Assembly (NCBI GenBank): GCA_022824965.1
Contig: JAJDYY010000003.1
Location: 21,753 to 85,752, forward strand
Origin: Gammaproteobacteria bacterium
GTDB taxonomy: Bacteria > Pseudomonadota > Gammaproteobacteria > UBA4575
Length of the DNA stretch: 64,000 nt
Direction: 5' to 3'
The position numbers and the translations under genes were made by a program. This document shows positions 31,422 through 42,103 of this stretch, one piece after another (position 1 is the stretch's first letter; every line of letters begins with the position of its first letter). The notes beneath the pieces are model-generated. The model searched no databases and was not told where the DNA came from. It saw only the letters and a program-made list of their open reading frames with translations.

Positions 31422-33485
31422 CTAGAAACTGCGCTCACCGAAAGCGCTGGCCTGCTGGGTCTCCAGAAGCCTTGCCAGGTCCGCGGCTATGTGTGCGGTT
31501 TCCTCCAGCAGCACGTCCACAAATTCATCTTCCCCTTCTTCGCCCTCAACGGACGGGGCGTGTACAGTTTTCAGCAAACGGTCGCGATTGGCACGTACCG
31601 CCTCGGCCTGTTCATGCTCCTCCTTGCGGGTCGATTCGAGCAACGAGATCGTGCGCTTGTTTCTCAGTTCATAGTCGAGCTGGACCATCTCCATCAGCAG
31701 CCGGTATTTCTCATCCTCCCGGACCCGGGACTTGTGCAGGTCCACGGCCGCATCGACGACCTGCCGGTCCACCACGCCGTAAGGGTGTCGAATTGCGGAA
31801 ATGGAACTCCACGGCAGGGCATTTTCCAGTGCACGCTCGCCAAACTCCTCATCCGCATAGTTGGTCTGGAAGCTGATATCCGGGACGACGCCCTTGTGCT
31901 GGGTGCTGTTGCCGTTGATCCGGAAATACTGGGCAATCGTGGTTTTCAGCTGTCCGAGCCTGGCCTTGGTAACCGGGTCAAAGCTGTTCAGGTCGATCAG
32001 CTGCTGGACAGTGCCTTTGCCGAACGTGGTCTCTCCCACCACCATGCCGTACTGGTAGTCCTGGATCGCACTGGCCACGATCTCGGAAGCCGAAGCACTG
32101 AACCTGTCCACCAGCACTACGAGAGCGCCCTGGTAGGAAATCTTCGGATCACGGTCGCGGTGAACCCTTACGTTCCCGCTGGAATCCTGGACCTGCACGA
32201 CCGGCCCCTCGTCGATGAACAGGCCGGCAAGCTGCGTGGCTTCGGTCAGCGACCCGCCGCCATTGCCCCGCAAATCCAGCACCAGGGCATCGACCTCATC
32301 CTGCTTGAGTTCGGAAATCAGCCGATCCACATCGCGCGTGGTACTGCGGTAGTCGGATTCTCCTCGCTGGTAGGCTGCAAAATCGATATAGAACGCCGGC
32401 ACATCGACGACGCCGACCCGGATGTGCCGGGCTCCGTCCTGGATGTCGATGATTTCGCTTTTCGCAGCCTGCTCTTCCAGGGTGATCTCGTCACGGGTGA
32501 TCTGGATTTCCTTGATCTTGGCAGAAGGGCCGTCAGCACCCGGCAGGATCTGCAGCTTGACCACCGTGTCCTTGGCACCGCGAATCAGTTCCACCACTTC
32601 CTCAAGACGCCATCCCACGATGTCCTTGAACTTGGTTTCGTCCTGCTGGGCAATGCCGACGATCCGGTCCGAGGCATGCAGCAGGTTGCTCAGGTCCGCG
32701 GGTCCGCCGGGAATGATGCTCTCCACCAGCGTATAGTCGCCGTCGGCACGAAGCAGTGCACCGATGCCCTGCAGGGAGAGGCTCATGCGGATCGCGAAGT
32801 TCTCGGAGGTCCTGGGGGAAAGGTACTTGGTGTGCGGTTCGAGCGTGCTCGCAAACGCATTGATGAACAGCTGGTAGACATCCTCGGCATCCAGCTGGGC
32901 GCGCCGGGTAATGCTGCGGTAGCGCTTGGCGAGTATTTCCCGGGTCTCCTCCGGAGTCTCACCCGCAAGGCGCAGGCTGAGCACGTCATTTTTTACACGC
33001 TTTCTCCAGATCTCGTTCAGGCCATCGACATCCAGGGCCCAGTCCGATTCCGAGCGGTCGACAAGAAATTCCTCTTGCACATCGAAATCAAACTCCTGCT
33101 CGACCAGGCCCAGTGCATGGGCCACGCGCTCATCGACCCGTTTGCGGTACAGACGGAACATGGCAAATGGCGCATCGAGTCTGCGCTGGTTCAATGCCTC
33201 GTCCAGGCCAAACCGGTGCACCTCGAAACCTTCGATATCCGCCTGGTGGAAATAGCTCCGGTTCGGATCGAGTGCGCCGACGTAGGCCTCCAGGATTTTC
33301 TCCGAAAGGAAGTCGTCGATACTGAAGTCCATGTAGTGGTACTTGTCCAGAAAATGCGTGATCAGCCGGGTGGCCCGCTCATGCCGGTCCTGCGGGACCA
33401 ACTGCGAGCCGGTACCCCAGCAGGGTGCACTGGCCAGTACGGCAATCAGTGCAAGCGCAAGGGGCAGTTGACGAGATTCATACAT
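31422..33485 (-). CDS. prc: carboxy-terminal processing protease (Prc/Tsp)
   Basis: PDZ (LQGIGALL), DLRGNGGGSL, SASASEI and GKGTVQ. Confidence 0.92.
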   Translation of the reverse strand: MYESRQLPLALALIAVLASAPCWGTGSQLVPQDRHERATRLITHFLDKYHYMDFSIDDFLSEKILEAYVGALDPNRSYFHQADIEGFEVHRFGLDEALNQRRLDAPFAMFRLYRKRVDERVAHALGLVEQEFDFDVQEEFLVDRSESDWALDVDGLNEIWRKRVKNDVLSLRLAGETPEETREILAKRYRSITRRAQLDAEDVYQLFINAFASTLEPHTKYLSPRTSENFAIRMSLSLQGIGALLRADGDYTLVESIIPGGPADLSNLLHASDRIVGIAQQDETKFKDIVGWRLEEVVELIRGAKDTVVKLQILPGADGPSAKIKEIQITRDEITLEEQAAKSEIIDIQDGARHIRVGVVDVPAFYIDFAAYQRGESDYRSTTRDVDRLISELKQDEVDALVLDLRGNGGGSLTEATQLAGLFIDEGPVVQVQDSSGNVRVHRDRDPKISYQGALVVLVDRFSASASEIVASAIQDYQYGMVVGETTFGKGTVQQLIDLNSFDPVTKARLGQLKTTIAQYFRINGNSTQHKGVVPDISFQTNYADEEFGERALENALPWSSISAIRHPYGVVDRQVVDAAVDLHKSRVREDEKYRLLMEMVQLDYELRNKRTISLLESTRKEEHEQAEAVRANRDRLLKTVHAPSVEGEEGEDEFVDVLLEETAHIAADLARLLETQQASAFGERSF

Positions 33486-33743
33486 GGGTTTGGTCAGGAT
33501 AGCGGAATGCCCTTGTGTCTATTTGCGGCTTTCGGACCTGTCCCCGGGAAGCCTGTTTTTGTGCACAGGCCAAGTATATAGCTAAATCGTGCCGGATGGA
33601 GAAATGCAGACTTTCCATGGATACCCCGGTGTCTGTGAAATTTGCACCATAAGCAGGTATCCTGCCCGCAGCCAAAACCATGCATGGCGGTTCATATCAC
33701 CTGCCTGGCAACGTCAATTCAGTTTTCGCGGGAAGTGGGATCA

Positions 33744-34124
33744 ATGGAAGCAAATCAAATACTCAACGACTGGCAACGGTTTCTCAATCAAGGCGATCTG
33801 GAAAATATCGTCCGTCTCTATTCCGAGGAGGCGGTGTTATGGGGCACGTTCTCGGGCATTCTCCGGGACAGTCCCAGGCTGATTGGGGAATACTTTGAAA
33901 AACTGCTGGAGAGAGATGGCCTGCGGGTGGAGTGGGGCACGGTTTGCTCCAGGGCCTGCGACGGTTTCCATTTGTATTCCGGCACCTATGATTTCTCCTA
34001 CACGGACTGCAAACCCGTCACCTTGCCGGCGCGCTTCACGTTTGCCATTGGGCGAGACAAGGATGCCGGTTACAAGATACTGACGCACCACTCCTCATTG
34101 ATTCCGGTGGATCCTGAATCCTAG
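33744..34124 (+). CDS. NTF2-like/DUF4440 family protein
   Basis: YSEEAVLWGTFS...YFE...ARFTF...HHSS pattern. Confidence 0.7.
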   Translation: MEANQILNDWQRFLNQGDLENIVRLYSEEAVLWGTFSGILRDSPRLIGEYFEKLLERDGLRVEWGTVCSRACDGFHLYSGTYDFSYTDCKPVTLPARFTFAIGRDKDAGYKILTHHSSLIPVDPES

Positions 34125-35284
34125 CCTGAAATTGCGCCCAGGCCTTTCCTGAGCCGTTCGAGCCCATGGTGGATCTCTTCATCTGAGAGGGCTCCGAACG
34201 AGAGCCTGAGATGACAGCCTTCGGACAGCCCGAAGGCCGAGCCCGGCAGGGTCGCAACCCCGTATTCCGTGATGAGTGACTGCACGAGCGCCAGGTCTTC
34301 TCCTGAGTTGTCGAGGTCAAGCATCACGTAAAAGGCACCTTCCGAGGTCGGTGCATAATTCAGGCAGGCGATACCCTCAAGCCCCTCGAGCACCATGTCG
34401 CGCTTGCGGGACATGTGCTCGCTTTTTGACTGGATGAACGCCTGGCCGGCCTCCAGTGCACCAAGCGCCGCATGCTGGGAAACCATGGGCGGGGAAATCA
34501 GGATGGTGTCCTGAATCTTCTTCACGGCCTCCAGCAGGTGCACCGGAATGACCATGTACCCGACACGCCAGCCTGCCAGCCCGTAACCCTTGGAAAACGA
34601 GAACAGGGAGATCGTGTGGGTGCTGCTCCCGGAAGCCGAGGCCGCAGAATAGTGCTCATGGCGGTCGTAACAGAAATCCTCGTAGGCTTCATCGCTGATA
34701 TGGTAAAGGCCGTGCTTTCGGCACAGCTCGTTCACGGCGGCCAGTTCCTCGCGCGTGTACACGGCCCCGCTGGGGTTGTTCGGGCTGATGGTGGCGATGG
34801 CCCGGGTGCTGTCCGTGATGGCCGCCTCGATCTCATCGAGTCGCACATGGTAGTGGTCGTCGGTTGAAACGGTGACCGGCTTGCATCGCTCCATCACCAG
34901 CGACATTTCGTGATTGAAGTAGTAGGGCAGGGGGAGAATGACCTCGTCCCCCGGGTCGCACAGGGCGAGGATGGCCGTGTTGAAAGCCATGTTGGAACCG
35001 GCCGTGACCACGATCGCATTGCCCTCGCCGATGCGGATGCGGTTTTGGGCATTCAGTTTCTGCGCCAGTGCGTGCTGCAGTTCCGGAATGCCCTCGACCG
35101 GCCCGTAGCGGTTGATGGCAGGGTCTGCCAGACACTGGCGGACCCGGTCAAACACCTCGGATGGAGGCTCGTAGAATGCAACTCCCTGTCCAAACGAAAT
35201 CGTGCCCCGGTGCTTTCGTGCGAGCGCCCCCACCAGCGGGATTACCGGGCTTTGTACCGCCCGCATGCGTTGACTGCTGCTCAT
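34121..35284 (-). CDS. PLP-dependent aminotransferase class I/II
   Basis: SFGQG, PNNPSG, SDEAY and SFSKGYGLAGWRVGY. Confidence 0.9.
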   Translation of the reverse strand: MSSSQRMRAVQSPVIPLVGALARKHRGTISFGQGVAFYEPPSEVFDRVRQCLADPAINRYGPVEGIPELQHALAQKLNAQNRIRIGEGNAIVVTAGSNMAFNTAILALCDPGDEVILPLPYYFNHEMSLVMERCKPVTVSTDDHYHVRLDEIEAAITDSTRAIATISPNNPSGAVYTREELAAVNELCRKHGLYHISDEAYEDFCYDRHEHYSAASASGSSTHTISLFSFSKGYGLAGWRVGYMVIPVHLLEAVKKIQDTILISPPMVSQHAALGALEAGQAFIQSKSEHMSRKRDMVLEGLEGIACLNYAPTSEGAFYVMLDLDNSGEDLALVQSLITEYGVATLPGSAFGLSEGCHLRLSFGALSDEEIHHGLERLRKGLGAISG

Positions 35285-35318
35285 GGTATCCGGTTGTGGT
35301 CGGGAATCCGGGCCGGGA

Positions 35319-37547
35319 TCAGAAGGCAATTCGCCGGTAGATGTCCGAGACCCGGTAGGGGAGCTTGTCGACATTGTCCACCACCGTAAAGTTCGCGGGG
35401 CCGTACATGTGCTGCAGGTAATCCATGGCCTCGTCATCGATCGTGATACAGAAAGGGTGGATGCCCAGGTACTTGGCCTCGATCAGTGCGCGTCGCGTAT
35501 CCTCGATGCCGTAGGGGCCCCGGTAACCGTCCTGGTCGTCCGGGCGGCCATCGGACAGCGCGATCAGGAGCTTGGTACGGGCCTCCACCTGGTGCAGGCG
35601 TTTCGTGAGGTGGCGCACGGCAGCACCCATCCGGGTGTAGCCCTGAGCCTGGATGCCGCTGATACGCGCCTTGACCGCAGCATCATAGGGCTCGTCGAAT
35701 TCCTTGATTCTGTAGAGCTCGCAGCGCTCGTGGGTGAACCCTGAAAAGCCGTAGATGGAATAGCGGTCACCAAGGATTTCCAGCGACTCACAAAGCAGGA
35801 CCAGGGCCTCCCTTTCCATCTCGTTGACCCAGCCTGCTGTCGAACCGCTCATGTCGATCATGAACATGACCGCGATGTTGCGGTCTGTCTTGCGCGAGCG
35901 TGTGAAGAGGTTCTGCGAGGCTTCCAGGCCGATCCGGGTGTCCGAAAAGGCCTCGATCACCGCATCCAGGTCCACATCGTCCCCGTATGGCTGGCGCTTG
36001 ACACGCCGGTCGTCCTCGCGCAGGGCCTCGAAGGTCCGGTGCAGGTGTTTCAGCAGGCCCCTGTGCTTGTCCAGGGTCCTGGGCACGAAGTCATCCTGCA
36101 CGGGGGAGACTTCCAGCTCCTTCAGGTGGCACCATTCCTTGCGGTATTTCTGGCGTGAGTGATCCCACTCGTCATACAGCCAGGTGGCTTCATCTTCCTG
36201 CGAGGAGGCCGCCTGCGGTGAAGCCACCGGCGCGCCCTCATCCGGGGGCGGTTCCGTCGCCAAGGCGTCCAGATAATCATCCGGGACCCGGCCCAGGTCC
36301 TGCACGATGGAGTCCAGCAGTTGCTGGATGTTCTCCGGCGGCTCGATCGGGTCCCCGCCGAACTGCAGCTCGACCTTGCGCCCGTCCGCAAGGGCCTCGC
36401 CTTCCAGTTCCTCGACGGTAAAGCCCGCCTTGGCGTCCTTTTGCTCCTCTTGCGGGCTCCCTGCGCCATATTTCTCGAGTTCATGCTGCAGCTCGATCAG
36501 GCGTTTCTCAAGTGCGCGCCGGTCCCGCTGCACCCGGGCCTCGCGCACCGTCCAGGCCTCCTTGGGGTTCAGGCTGCCCTGATAGACCTTGTCCTCGGGA
36601 GTCGCCTCGTCCTTGTATACGGCCTCAAGGAAAAAGACCGTGTCCTGTACGGTCATGTCGGCATCACGCAGCCTGCGGATGGCGTTTTTCCAGTGCTTTG
36701 ACAGGGCATCTGTCTGCAGCTTCGGGCTGAAATTCTGCATGGCCCGGAAGGTGCCGGGCAGCTCACGCTCGATACAGGCGTCCAGGCGGACGGTCTCCAA
36801 CTTGTGAAACAGCGACTGTGCGCGTTGCGGGTCCGGGTAGGTCGCCAGGAAAGCGCCGATGTTGAGGGTCCACGTGCCGAACCAGGTCTGTGCCCACTGG
36901 TGCACGGCCATGGCCTTGTACAACGCGAAATTCTCCTCGTAGCGGTCGAAGTCGCCCAGCACTTCCGGCAGACGGATGACTTCGGTATCGGTGTAGAAAG
37001 CGGCGCCGGGTTCGATGGTGAGCTTGCGGCCGTTGAGGCCCATGGCGAAGCTCTCCAGGATGCGCGAGATCCTGTCGAGGGAAACGCTGTTCGGGGCGTG
37101 GGTGATGGACTGCACGTACTGGTCCACGTTCTTCATCGCCTCGATCGCAGCCGCGGCACCGTCCGTGCTGTGCAGTTCCTGCAGACGGGTGATCCAGCTG
37201 TCCCAGTTCGCCTCATCGACCAGCTGCAGGCTCGGCGCTGCGAAACGGCAGAAGTCGTAGGCCAGGTCGACACTGGTAGCGCTGAGCCTCTCGGCGGACT
37301 CCAGGAAGCGGTCCTGGTCGGCCTTGGCATGTTCGGAGAGCTGCTTTGCCGGGATCAGCATGTCCTTCGCAGAGGTGACCTTGTAGTCGGCGACCAGCTC
37401 CATGCGCAGCTTCAGCTCCAGCACGCCCATGCCGCCGTAGATGGAGCTGTTGGTCGGGGTGCTAAGGCGTTCCTGGGGTTTTTCCTGCACCGGAGCGGAC
37501 CCGGGTTCCCGGGTCTTCTTCTTCCAGAACATCAGATGTTGCCACAT
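35319..37547 (-). CDS. CbbO/NorD-like von Willebrand A domain protein
   Basis: YDEWD...Y...WC, GDDVDLDA, MIDMSGST (MIDAS), YTRMGAAVRH and LSDGRPDD. Confidence 0.85.
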   Translation of the reverse strand: MWQHLMFWKKKTREPGSAPVQEKPQERLSTPTNSSIYGGMGVLELKLRMELVADYKVTSAKDMLIPAKQLSEHAKADQDRFLESAERLSATSVDLAYDFCRFAAPSLQLVDEANWDSWITRLQELHSTDGAAAAIEAMKNVDQYVQSITHAPNSVSLDRISRILESFAMGLNGRKLTIEPGAAFYTDTEVIRLPEVLGDFDRYEENFALYKAMAVHQWAQTWFGTWTLNIGAFLATYPDPQRAQSLFHKLETVRLDACIERELPGTFRAMQNFSPKLQTDALSKHWKNAIRRLRDADMTVQDTVFFLEAVYKDEATPEDKVYQGSLNPKEAWTVREARVQRDRRALEKRLIELQHELEKYGAGSPQEEQKDAKAGFTVEELEGEALADGRKVELQFGGDPIEPPENIQQLLDSIVQDLGRVPDDYLDALATEPPPDEGAPVASPQAASSQEDEATWLYDEWDHSRQKYRKEWCHLKELEVSPVQDDFVPRTLDKHRGLLKHLHRTFEALREDDRRVKRQPYGDDVDLDAVIEAFSDTRIGLEASQNLFTRSRKTDRNIAVMFMIDMSGSTAGWVNEMEREALVLLCESLEILGDRYSIYGFSGFTHERCELYRIKEFDEPYDAAVKARISGIQAQGYTRMGAAVRHLTKRLHQVEARTKLLIALSDGRPDDQDGYRGPYGIEDTRRALIEAKYLGIHPFCITIDDEAMDYLQHMYGPANFTVVDNVDKLPYRVSDIYRRIAF

Positions 37548-37565
37548 GACGGTACCCTCGACGGC

Positions 37566-38291
37566 CTAGCCCAGCAGCGTGGCCTTGGCCTGGTTGATCT
37601 TGGCGGACAGGTAGTCATTGCCTCCCCGATCCGGGTGCAGTTTCTGTATCAGTCGCCGGTGCGCCTCGATGACCTCATCCTCGGAGGCGCCTTCATCCAG
37701 GCCAAGTATCGCATAGGCTTCCTGGCGGGACAGGCTGCCAGGATCCGTCCTTCGCTTTCGCCCCGCATCGCCCTGGCTGTAGTGGTCCTGCCAGCCGGTC
37801 TGCCCGGAGCGCTGCAGGTAGGCTGCCAGCAACTGCGCTGATTGCGGGTCCTGGCGGGAATATTCCCGGAGTAGGGCGGTGAGCTCGGGCTGGGAGAGAT
37901 CCTGCAGTTTTCTTCCCTGGTGCGCTCCCTGCTTGATCTCGCCGCCAAGCTGGCCGGTGGCCGGGTCCAGTTCGACTTTCAAAAAGCGCGTTTCCATGCT
38001 GGCCTGCCGGTTGAAGGAAAAATCGGGGGGCGGGTCGCGAAAGCGGTGCAGCAGGCCCTTCAGCATCGGCAGGTAGCTGATCAGCCCGAGCATGCGGCGG
38101 ATGAACGGCACGATTGCCGCCACCAGGGCGAAGATCCAGTGCAGCCTGCCGGTAACCGCAAGACCCAGCAGGACGATCACGGCCAGCCCGGCCATCCACT
38201 TCCACTGCACCTGCCTGGGCTGCCTGACCAGCCAGCGAATTCCGAACCAGAGCCCGACGATCAGGGCGATCAGGCCGACTTCACGTATCAT
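37566..38291 (-). CDS. membrane-anchored protein with C-terminal J domain
   Basis: N-terminal TM helices; EAYAILGL...AHRRLIQKLHPDRGG. Confidence 0.85.
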   Translation of the reverse strand: MIREVGLIALIVGLWFGIRWLVRQPRQVQWKWMAGLAVIVLLGLAVTGRLHWIFALVAAIVPFIRRMLGLISYLPMLKGLLHRFRDPPPDFSFNRQASMETRFLKVELDPATGQLGGEIKQGAHQGRKLQDLSQPELTALLREYSRQDPQSAQLLAAYLQRSGQTGWQDHYSQGDAGRKRRTDPGSLSRQEAYAILGLDEGASEDEVIEAHRRLIQKLHPDRGGNDYLSAKINQAKATLLG

Positions 38292-38533
38292 GAGATGATC
38301 CCTTTGCCACGGCTTGCGCGTGTGCGCCTGCGACTCCTGGAATTATTGCGGATAAAAGTGGCATCAGTGTACCCGAATCCTTGCCGCTCGGCTGTTCCGG
38401 CTCCCGGACTCCGGGGCATACCATCTGGTGCGGATGGCAGCCCTTGGCCTGTATCCCTATACTGGCGGACATGGAAGGCACCAGGGAACATGGAAGAACA
38501 CCGGATGGCACGTGCCCTGGCAGGTAATCCATC

Positions 38534-39463
38534 ATGCAGCATGCGAAACCGTTAGACTGGCTGGGCCTCCTTGCCCTGACTGCAATGTACGGCAGCGCCT
38601 TCATGCTGACCAAGCTGGCCGTGGCCGAACTGATGCCCGTCACGGTGACGGCCGGGCGAATTTTTATCGCTGCCGCGCTGCTGCTGTCGCTGGCCCTGAT
38701 CCGGAAGGAATCTTTTGGCTTCCTGCGCACCCTCTGGCCCTTGATCCTCGCGCTGGCCGTCTTCGGCAACTGCCTGCCGTTTTACCTGATCAGCTGGGGA
38801 CAGCAGACCATCGACAGCGGCATTGCGGGAATCCTGATGGCCGTCATGCCGCTGGCAACGATCGTGATGGCGCATTTCTTCGTGCCCGGAGAAAGGCTGA
38901 GCACGTTCCAAGTGCTCGGTTTCACGTCCGGGTTTGGCGGGATCCTGATCCTGCTCGGGCCTGCAGCGGTCACGGAATTCGGTAACGAAACCCACACGCT
39001 CTTGCCCATGCTGAGCGTCCTGGGCGGTGCCCTGTGTTATGCACTCAATACCATCCTCGCCAAGCAGTTGCCAAGGGAAAGCCTGCTGGCCATATCCGCA
39101 GCCGTAATAACGGTGTCGGCCCTGATCATGCTGCCCGCCTGGTGGACAGCCGGAGGTGAGGTATCCATCCAGCTGGTGAGCACAGAGTTTCTTGCAGTGG
39201 TGCTGCTCGGACTGTTCCCCACGGCACTGGCCACCCTGATCTATTTTGCGGTGATTGCCCGGGCGGGGCCTTCGTTTCTCTCACAGATCAACTACCTGAT
39301 CCCGGTCTGGGCACTGTTGATGGGCATTGCGTTGATGAACGAGCCTTTCAGCCTGCAGGCGTTTCTTGCACTGGTCGTTATACTGACCGGCATGGCCATT
39401 GCCGGGCGGGGCAGGCCGTTGCCGGGCTACAGGCAGCAGGTCACCACACCGCCTGAGCGCTGA
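38534..39463 (+). CDS. DMT/EamA family transporter
   Basis: About 10 TM helices in two EamA-like repeats. Confidence 0.85.
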   Translation: MQHAKPLDWLGLLALTAMYGSAFMLTKLAVAELMPVTVTAGRIFIAAALLLSLALIRKESFGFLRTLWPLILALAVFGNCLPFYLISWGQQTIDSGIAGILMAVMPLATIVMAHFFVPGERLSTFQVLGFTSGFGGILILLGPAAVTEFGNETHTLLPMLSVLGGALCYALNTILAKQLPRESLLAISAAVITVSALIMLPAWWTAGGEVSIQLVSTEFLAVVLLGLFPTALATLIYFAVIARAGPSFLSQINYLIPVWALLMGIALMNEPFSLQAFLALVVILTGMAIAGRGRPLPGYRQQVTTPPER

Positions 39464-39627
39464 GCACGGGTTTGAATGCCGCAGGCACTGCCATTTGCAG
39501 ACCTGGTCTACTAGACCCCGTATCCGGCAAGTATAATTGCTGAAACCACGCATCTTCCCGGAACGTGTGCACGGACCGGTGAAGCAGGAGCCAGCACTGA
39601 ATACCCAGTATGGCAGGGAGCATTTTC

Positions 39628-40488
39628 ATGACAGCAAACCGTGTGCAACAGATTTTGGATCAGGTCGGTGCCCTGGCATTTCCAGGCATCTACGACACCC
39701 TGTCTGCGAAAATCGCAGAGCAGGTCGGTTTCCCGATGGGATTCGTGTCCGGCTATTCACTGGCCGCAGCCACGATCGGTGAGCCGGATTTTGGCCTGTT
39801 GACCCAAACCGAGGTGGTCGAGCGCGCACGTGCGATCTGCTCGAGTGTGTCCATCCCCGTGATCGTCGACGCCGATACCGGCTACGGCAATCCGCTGAAC
39901 GTGCACCGCACGATCGAACTCCTGATGAATGCCGGAGCCGCCGGCTGCTTTCTGGAGGACCAGGTATGGCCGAAGCGGTGCGGTCACATGCGCAACAAGA
40001 AAGTCATTGCACGCGAGGACTACCTGCAGAAAATACGCGCGGCGGTGGATGCCCGCTCCAATCATGACTTCTTCATCGTGGCTCGCACCGATGCCGAAGC
40101 CGTGCACGGCCTGGACGAGGCCATCGCACGCGTCACGGAAGCTCGCGAGATTGGGGCCGATGCAAGTTTCGTGGAAGCGCCAGGCTCGATTGAGCAGCTC
40201 GAGCGAATCGGGGAACGGGCCCCCCAGCCGATCGTTGCCAACATGATCGAGGGCGGCAAGACCCCGGTGCTGGAGAAGGCGCGGCTGGAATCCCTGGGGT
40301 TCCAGCTCATCCTCTACCCGCTGACCGGCCTGTTTGCGGCCGGGCATGTGCTGCGTGGCCTGTATGCGCACCTGCACCAGACCGGCACCACCCTGGGCAT
40401 GGAAAACGAACTGCTCAGCTTCTCCGAGTTCAACGACCTGATCGGGGTCGAGGAGAAATACCGGTTCTCCGAGAAATACGGCGAGTAG
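39628..40488 (+). CDS. isocitrate lyase/PEP mutase family enzyme (methylisocitrate-lyase-like)
   Basis: DADTGYG, EDQVWPKRCGH, ARTDA and NMIEGGKTP. Confidence 0.88.
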   Translation: MTANRVQQILDQVGALAFPGIYDTLSAKIAEQVGFPMGFVSGYSLAAATIGEPDFGLLTQTEVVERARAICSSVSIPVIVDADTGYGNPLNVHRTIELLMNAGAAGCFLEDQVWPKRCGHMRNKKVIAREDYLQKIRAAVDARSNHDFFIVARTDAEAVHGLDEAIARVTEAREIGADASFVEAPGSIEQLERIGERAPQPIVANMIEGGKTPVLEKARLESLGFQLILYPLTGLFAAGHVLRGLYAHLHQTGTTLGMENELLSFSEFNDLIGVEEKYRFSEKYGE

Positions 40489-40496
40489 CCGGGCGC

Positions 40497-42026
40497 CTAG
40501 CCGGTCACCATCCGGATCATGAAGTCGCTGAGGGCTGCCGCCGCCAGCGTGATCACCGTCAGGCAGATGAGGTTCAGCCAGATGCCGGTCCTTCGCATCT
40601 GCTGTGAACTGATGTGTCCCGAGCCGAAGACGATGGCATTGGGCGGGGTGGCAATGGGCAGCATGAACGCGCAGCTAGCGGCGATCGAGGCGGGGATGAC
40701 CAGGGTATAGGGGTGGATGCCGAGTGCCGGGGCGATTGCGGCCAGGATCGGCACCAGCGTCGCCGTAGTCGCGGTGTTCGATGTCAGTTCAGTCAGGAAT
40801 ACCACGGCACTGATGACCACAAGCAGGATCAGGAATACGGGCAGGAACGAAAGCCCCAGGGCCTGCGCTCCGATGAACTCCGTGACCCCGTTGGCCTTCA
40901 CGGCTGCGGCCAGGCTCAGGCCTCCGCCCAGCAAAAACAGGATCCCCCAGGGCAGGTTCTTGAGGTCCACCCACTGCAGGATGAACTGCCCGGAATGATT
41001 CCTGGCAGGAAGGATGAACAGCACCACCGCGGCGAAAATCGCAATGCCTGCATCCGTGAGCCCGGCCAGCGGCACGAACACCTGGCCGAATGCGGACACC
41101 TCGACCTGCTGCAGGGAAGTGCGCGAGAGCCACAACAGGACGGTGAACGCGAACACGCCCAGCACGGCCCTTTCCTCGTAGTCCATGGACCCGAGCGCCA
41201 GCCTTTTATCCCGCAGGACCGCCGCTGAACCGGACAGCCGGATGCGATCGACCTTGTAGACGACCTTGGTCAGCAGCCACCAGCTCAGGGGCAGCAACAC
41301 CAGCACGATGGGTACACCGATCTTCGACCATTCGAAGAAACTGATGTCCTGCTGGTAAGGTGCATCAATGGCATCGCGTATGAACGAGACCGCAAACGAA
41401 TTGGGGATAGTACCGATGACTGTCGAGATCCCGCCGATGGAGGCGGCATAGGCGATGCTCAGCATGATGCAGGTCGCAAACGCATGTTCGCGGTGGGCGT
41501 CTTCGCTGGAATCACCGTTGAACAGCACCAGGCCGATGACACTCAGTCCGATCGGCAGCATCATGGCGGTGGTGGCCGTGTTGGAGATGAATGCACTCAG
41601 GAATGCGGTGGCCAGCATGAACCCGCCGACGATGCGCGCCGGGGAGTTCCCGACCCGGCTCAGGATGCCCAGTGCGATCCGCTTGTCCAGTCCCCACCGC
41701 TGAATGGCAATCGCGATCAGGAACCCTCCGAGCAGCAAGAAGATAATGTGTGAGGCGTAGGGGGCGGTCGCATCACGGATTGAGGCGACCCCGAATACCG
41801 GGAAAAGCGCAATCGGCAGCAGGGCCGTCACACGGATATCCACCGCTTCGGTCAGCCACCAGATCGCCATCCATACCAGCATGGCCAGGGTGGCCTTGGC
41901 CGGATGATCCAGGTGCGCCAGATCACCTGTCCCGGAGACAAACTGATCGGGAAGCAGCAGGTAGACGAGCAATCCGCCCACGGGTCCGGCGACGAGGTAG
42001 ATGAGCTTGCGGCGGGCGGTGGTCAT
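40497..42026 (-). CDS. SLC13/DASS family anion transporter
   Basis: SAFISNTAT, ELTSNTAT and AFMLPIATPPNAIVFGSG. Confidence 0.9.
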   Translation of the reverse strand: MTTARRKLIYLVAGPVGGLLVYLLLPDQFVSGTGDLAHLDHPAKATLAMLVWMAIWWLTEAVDIRVTALLPIALFPVFGVASIRDATAPYASHIIFLLLGGFLIAIAIQRWGLDKRIALGILSRVGNSPARIVGGFMLATAFLSAFISNTATTAMMLPIGLSVIGLVLFNGDSSEDAHREHAFATCIMLSIAYAASIGGISTVIGTIPNSFAVSFIRDAIDAPYQQDISFFEWSKIGVPIVLVLLPLSWWLLTKVVYKVDRIRLSGSAAVLRDKRLALGSMDYEERAVLGVFAFTVLLWLSRTSLQQVEVSAFGQVFVPLAGLTDAGIAIFAAVVLFILPARNHSGQFILQWVDLKNLPWGILFLLGGGLSLAAAVKANGVTEFIGAQALGLSFLPVFLILLVVISAVVFLTELTSNTATTATLVPILAAIAPALGIHPYTLVIPASIAASCAFMLPIATPPNAIVFGSGHISSQQMRRTGIWLNLICLTVITLAAAALSDFMIRMVTG

Positions 42027-42103
42027 ATCTCCATGGTCTGCAGTTTGCTATTATTTTACTGGCCTGCCGGAAATCAAGTAACGGGGCGGGCGGACCTCTC
42101 CCC

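Noticed and set aside
31491-33581. 696-aa ORF on the + strand
   Set aside because: Antisense shadow of prc caused by GC-rich codon bias; no recognisable motifs. The same applies to 10945-12609, 9289-10341 and many other long overlapping ORFs.
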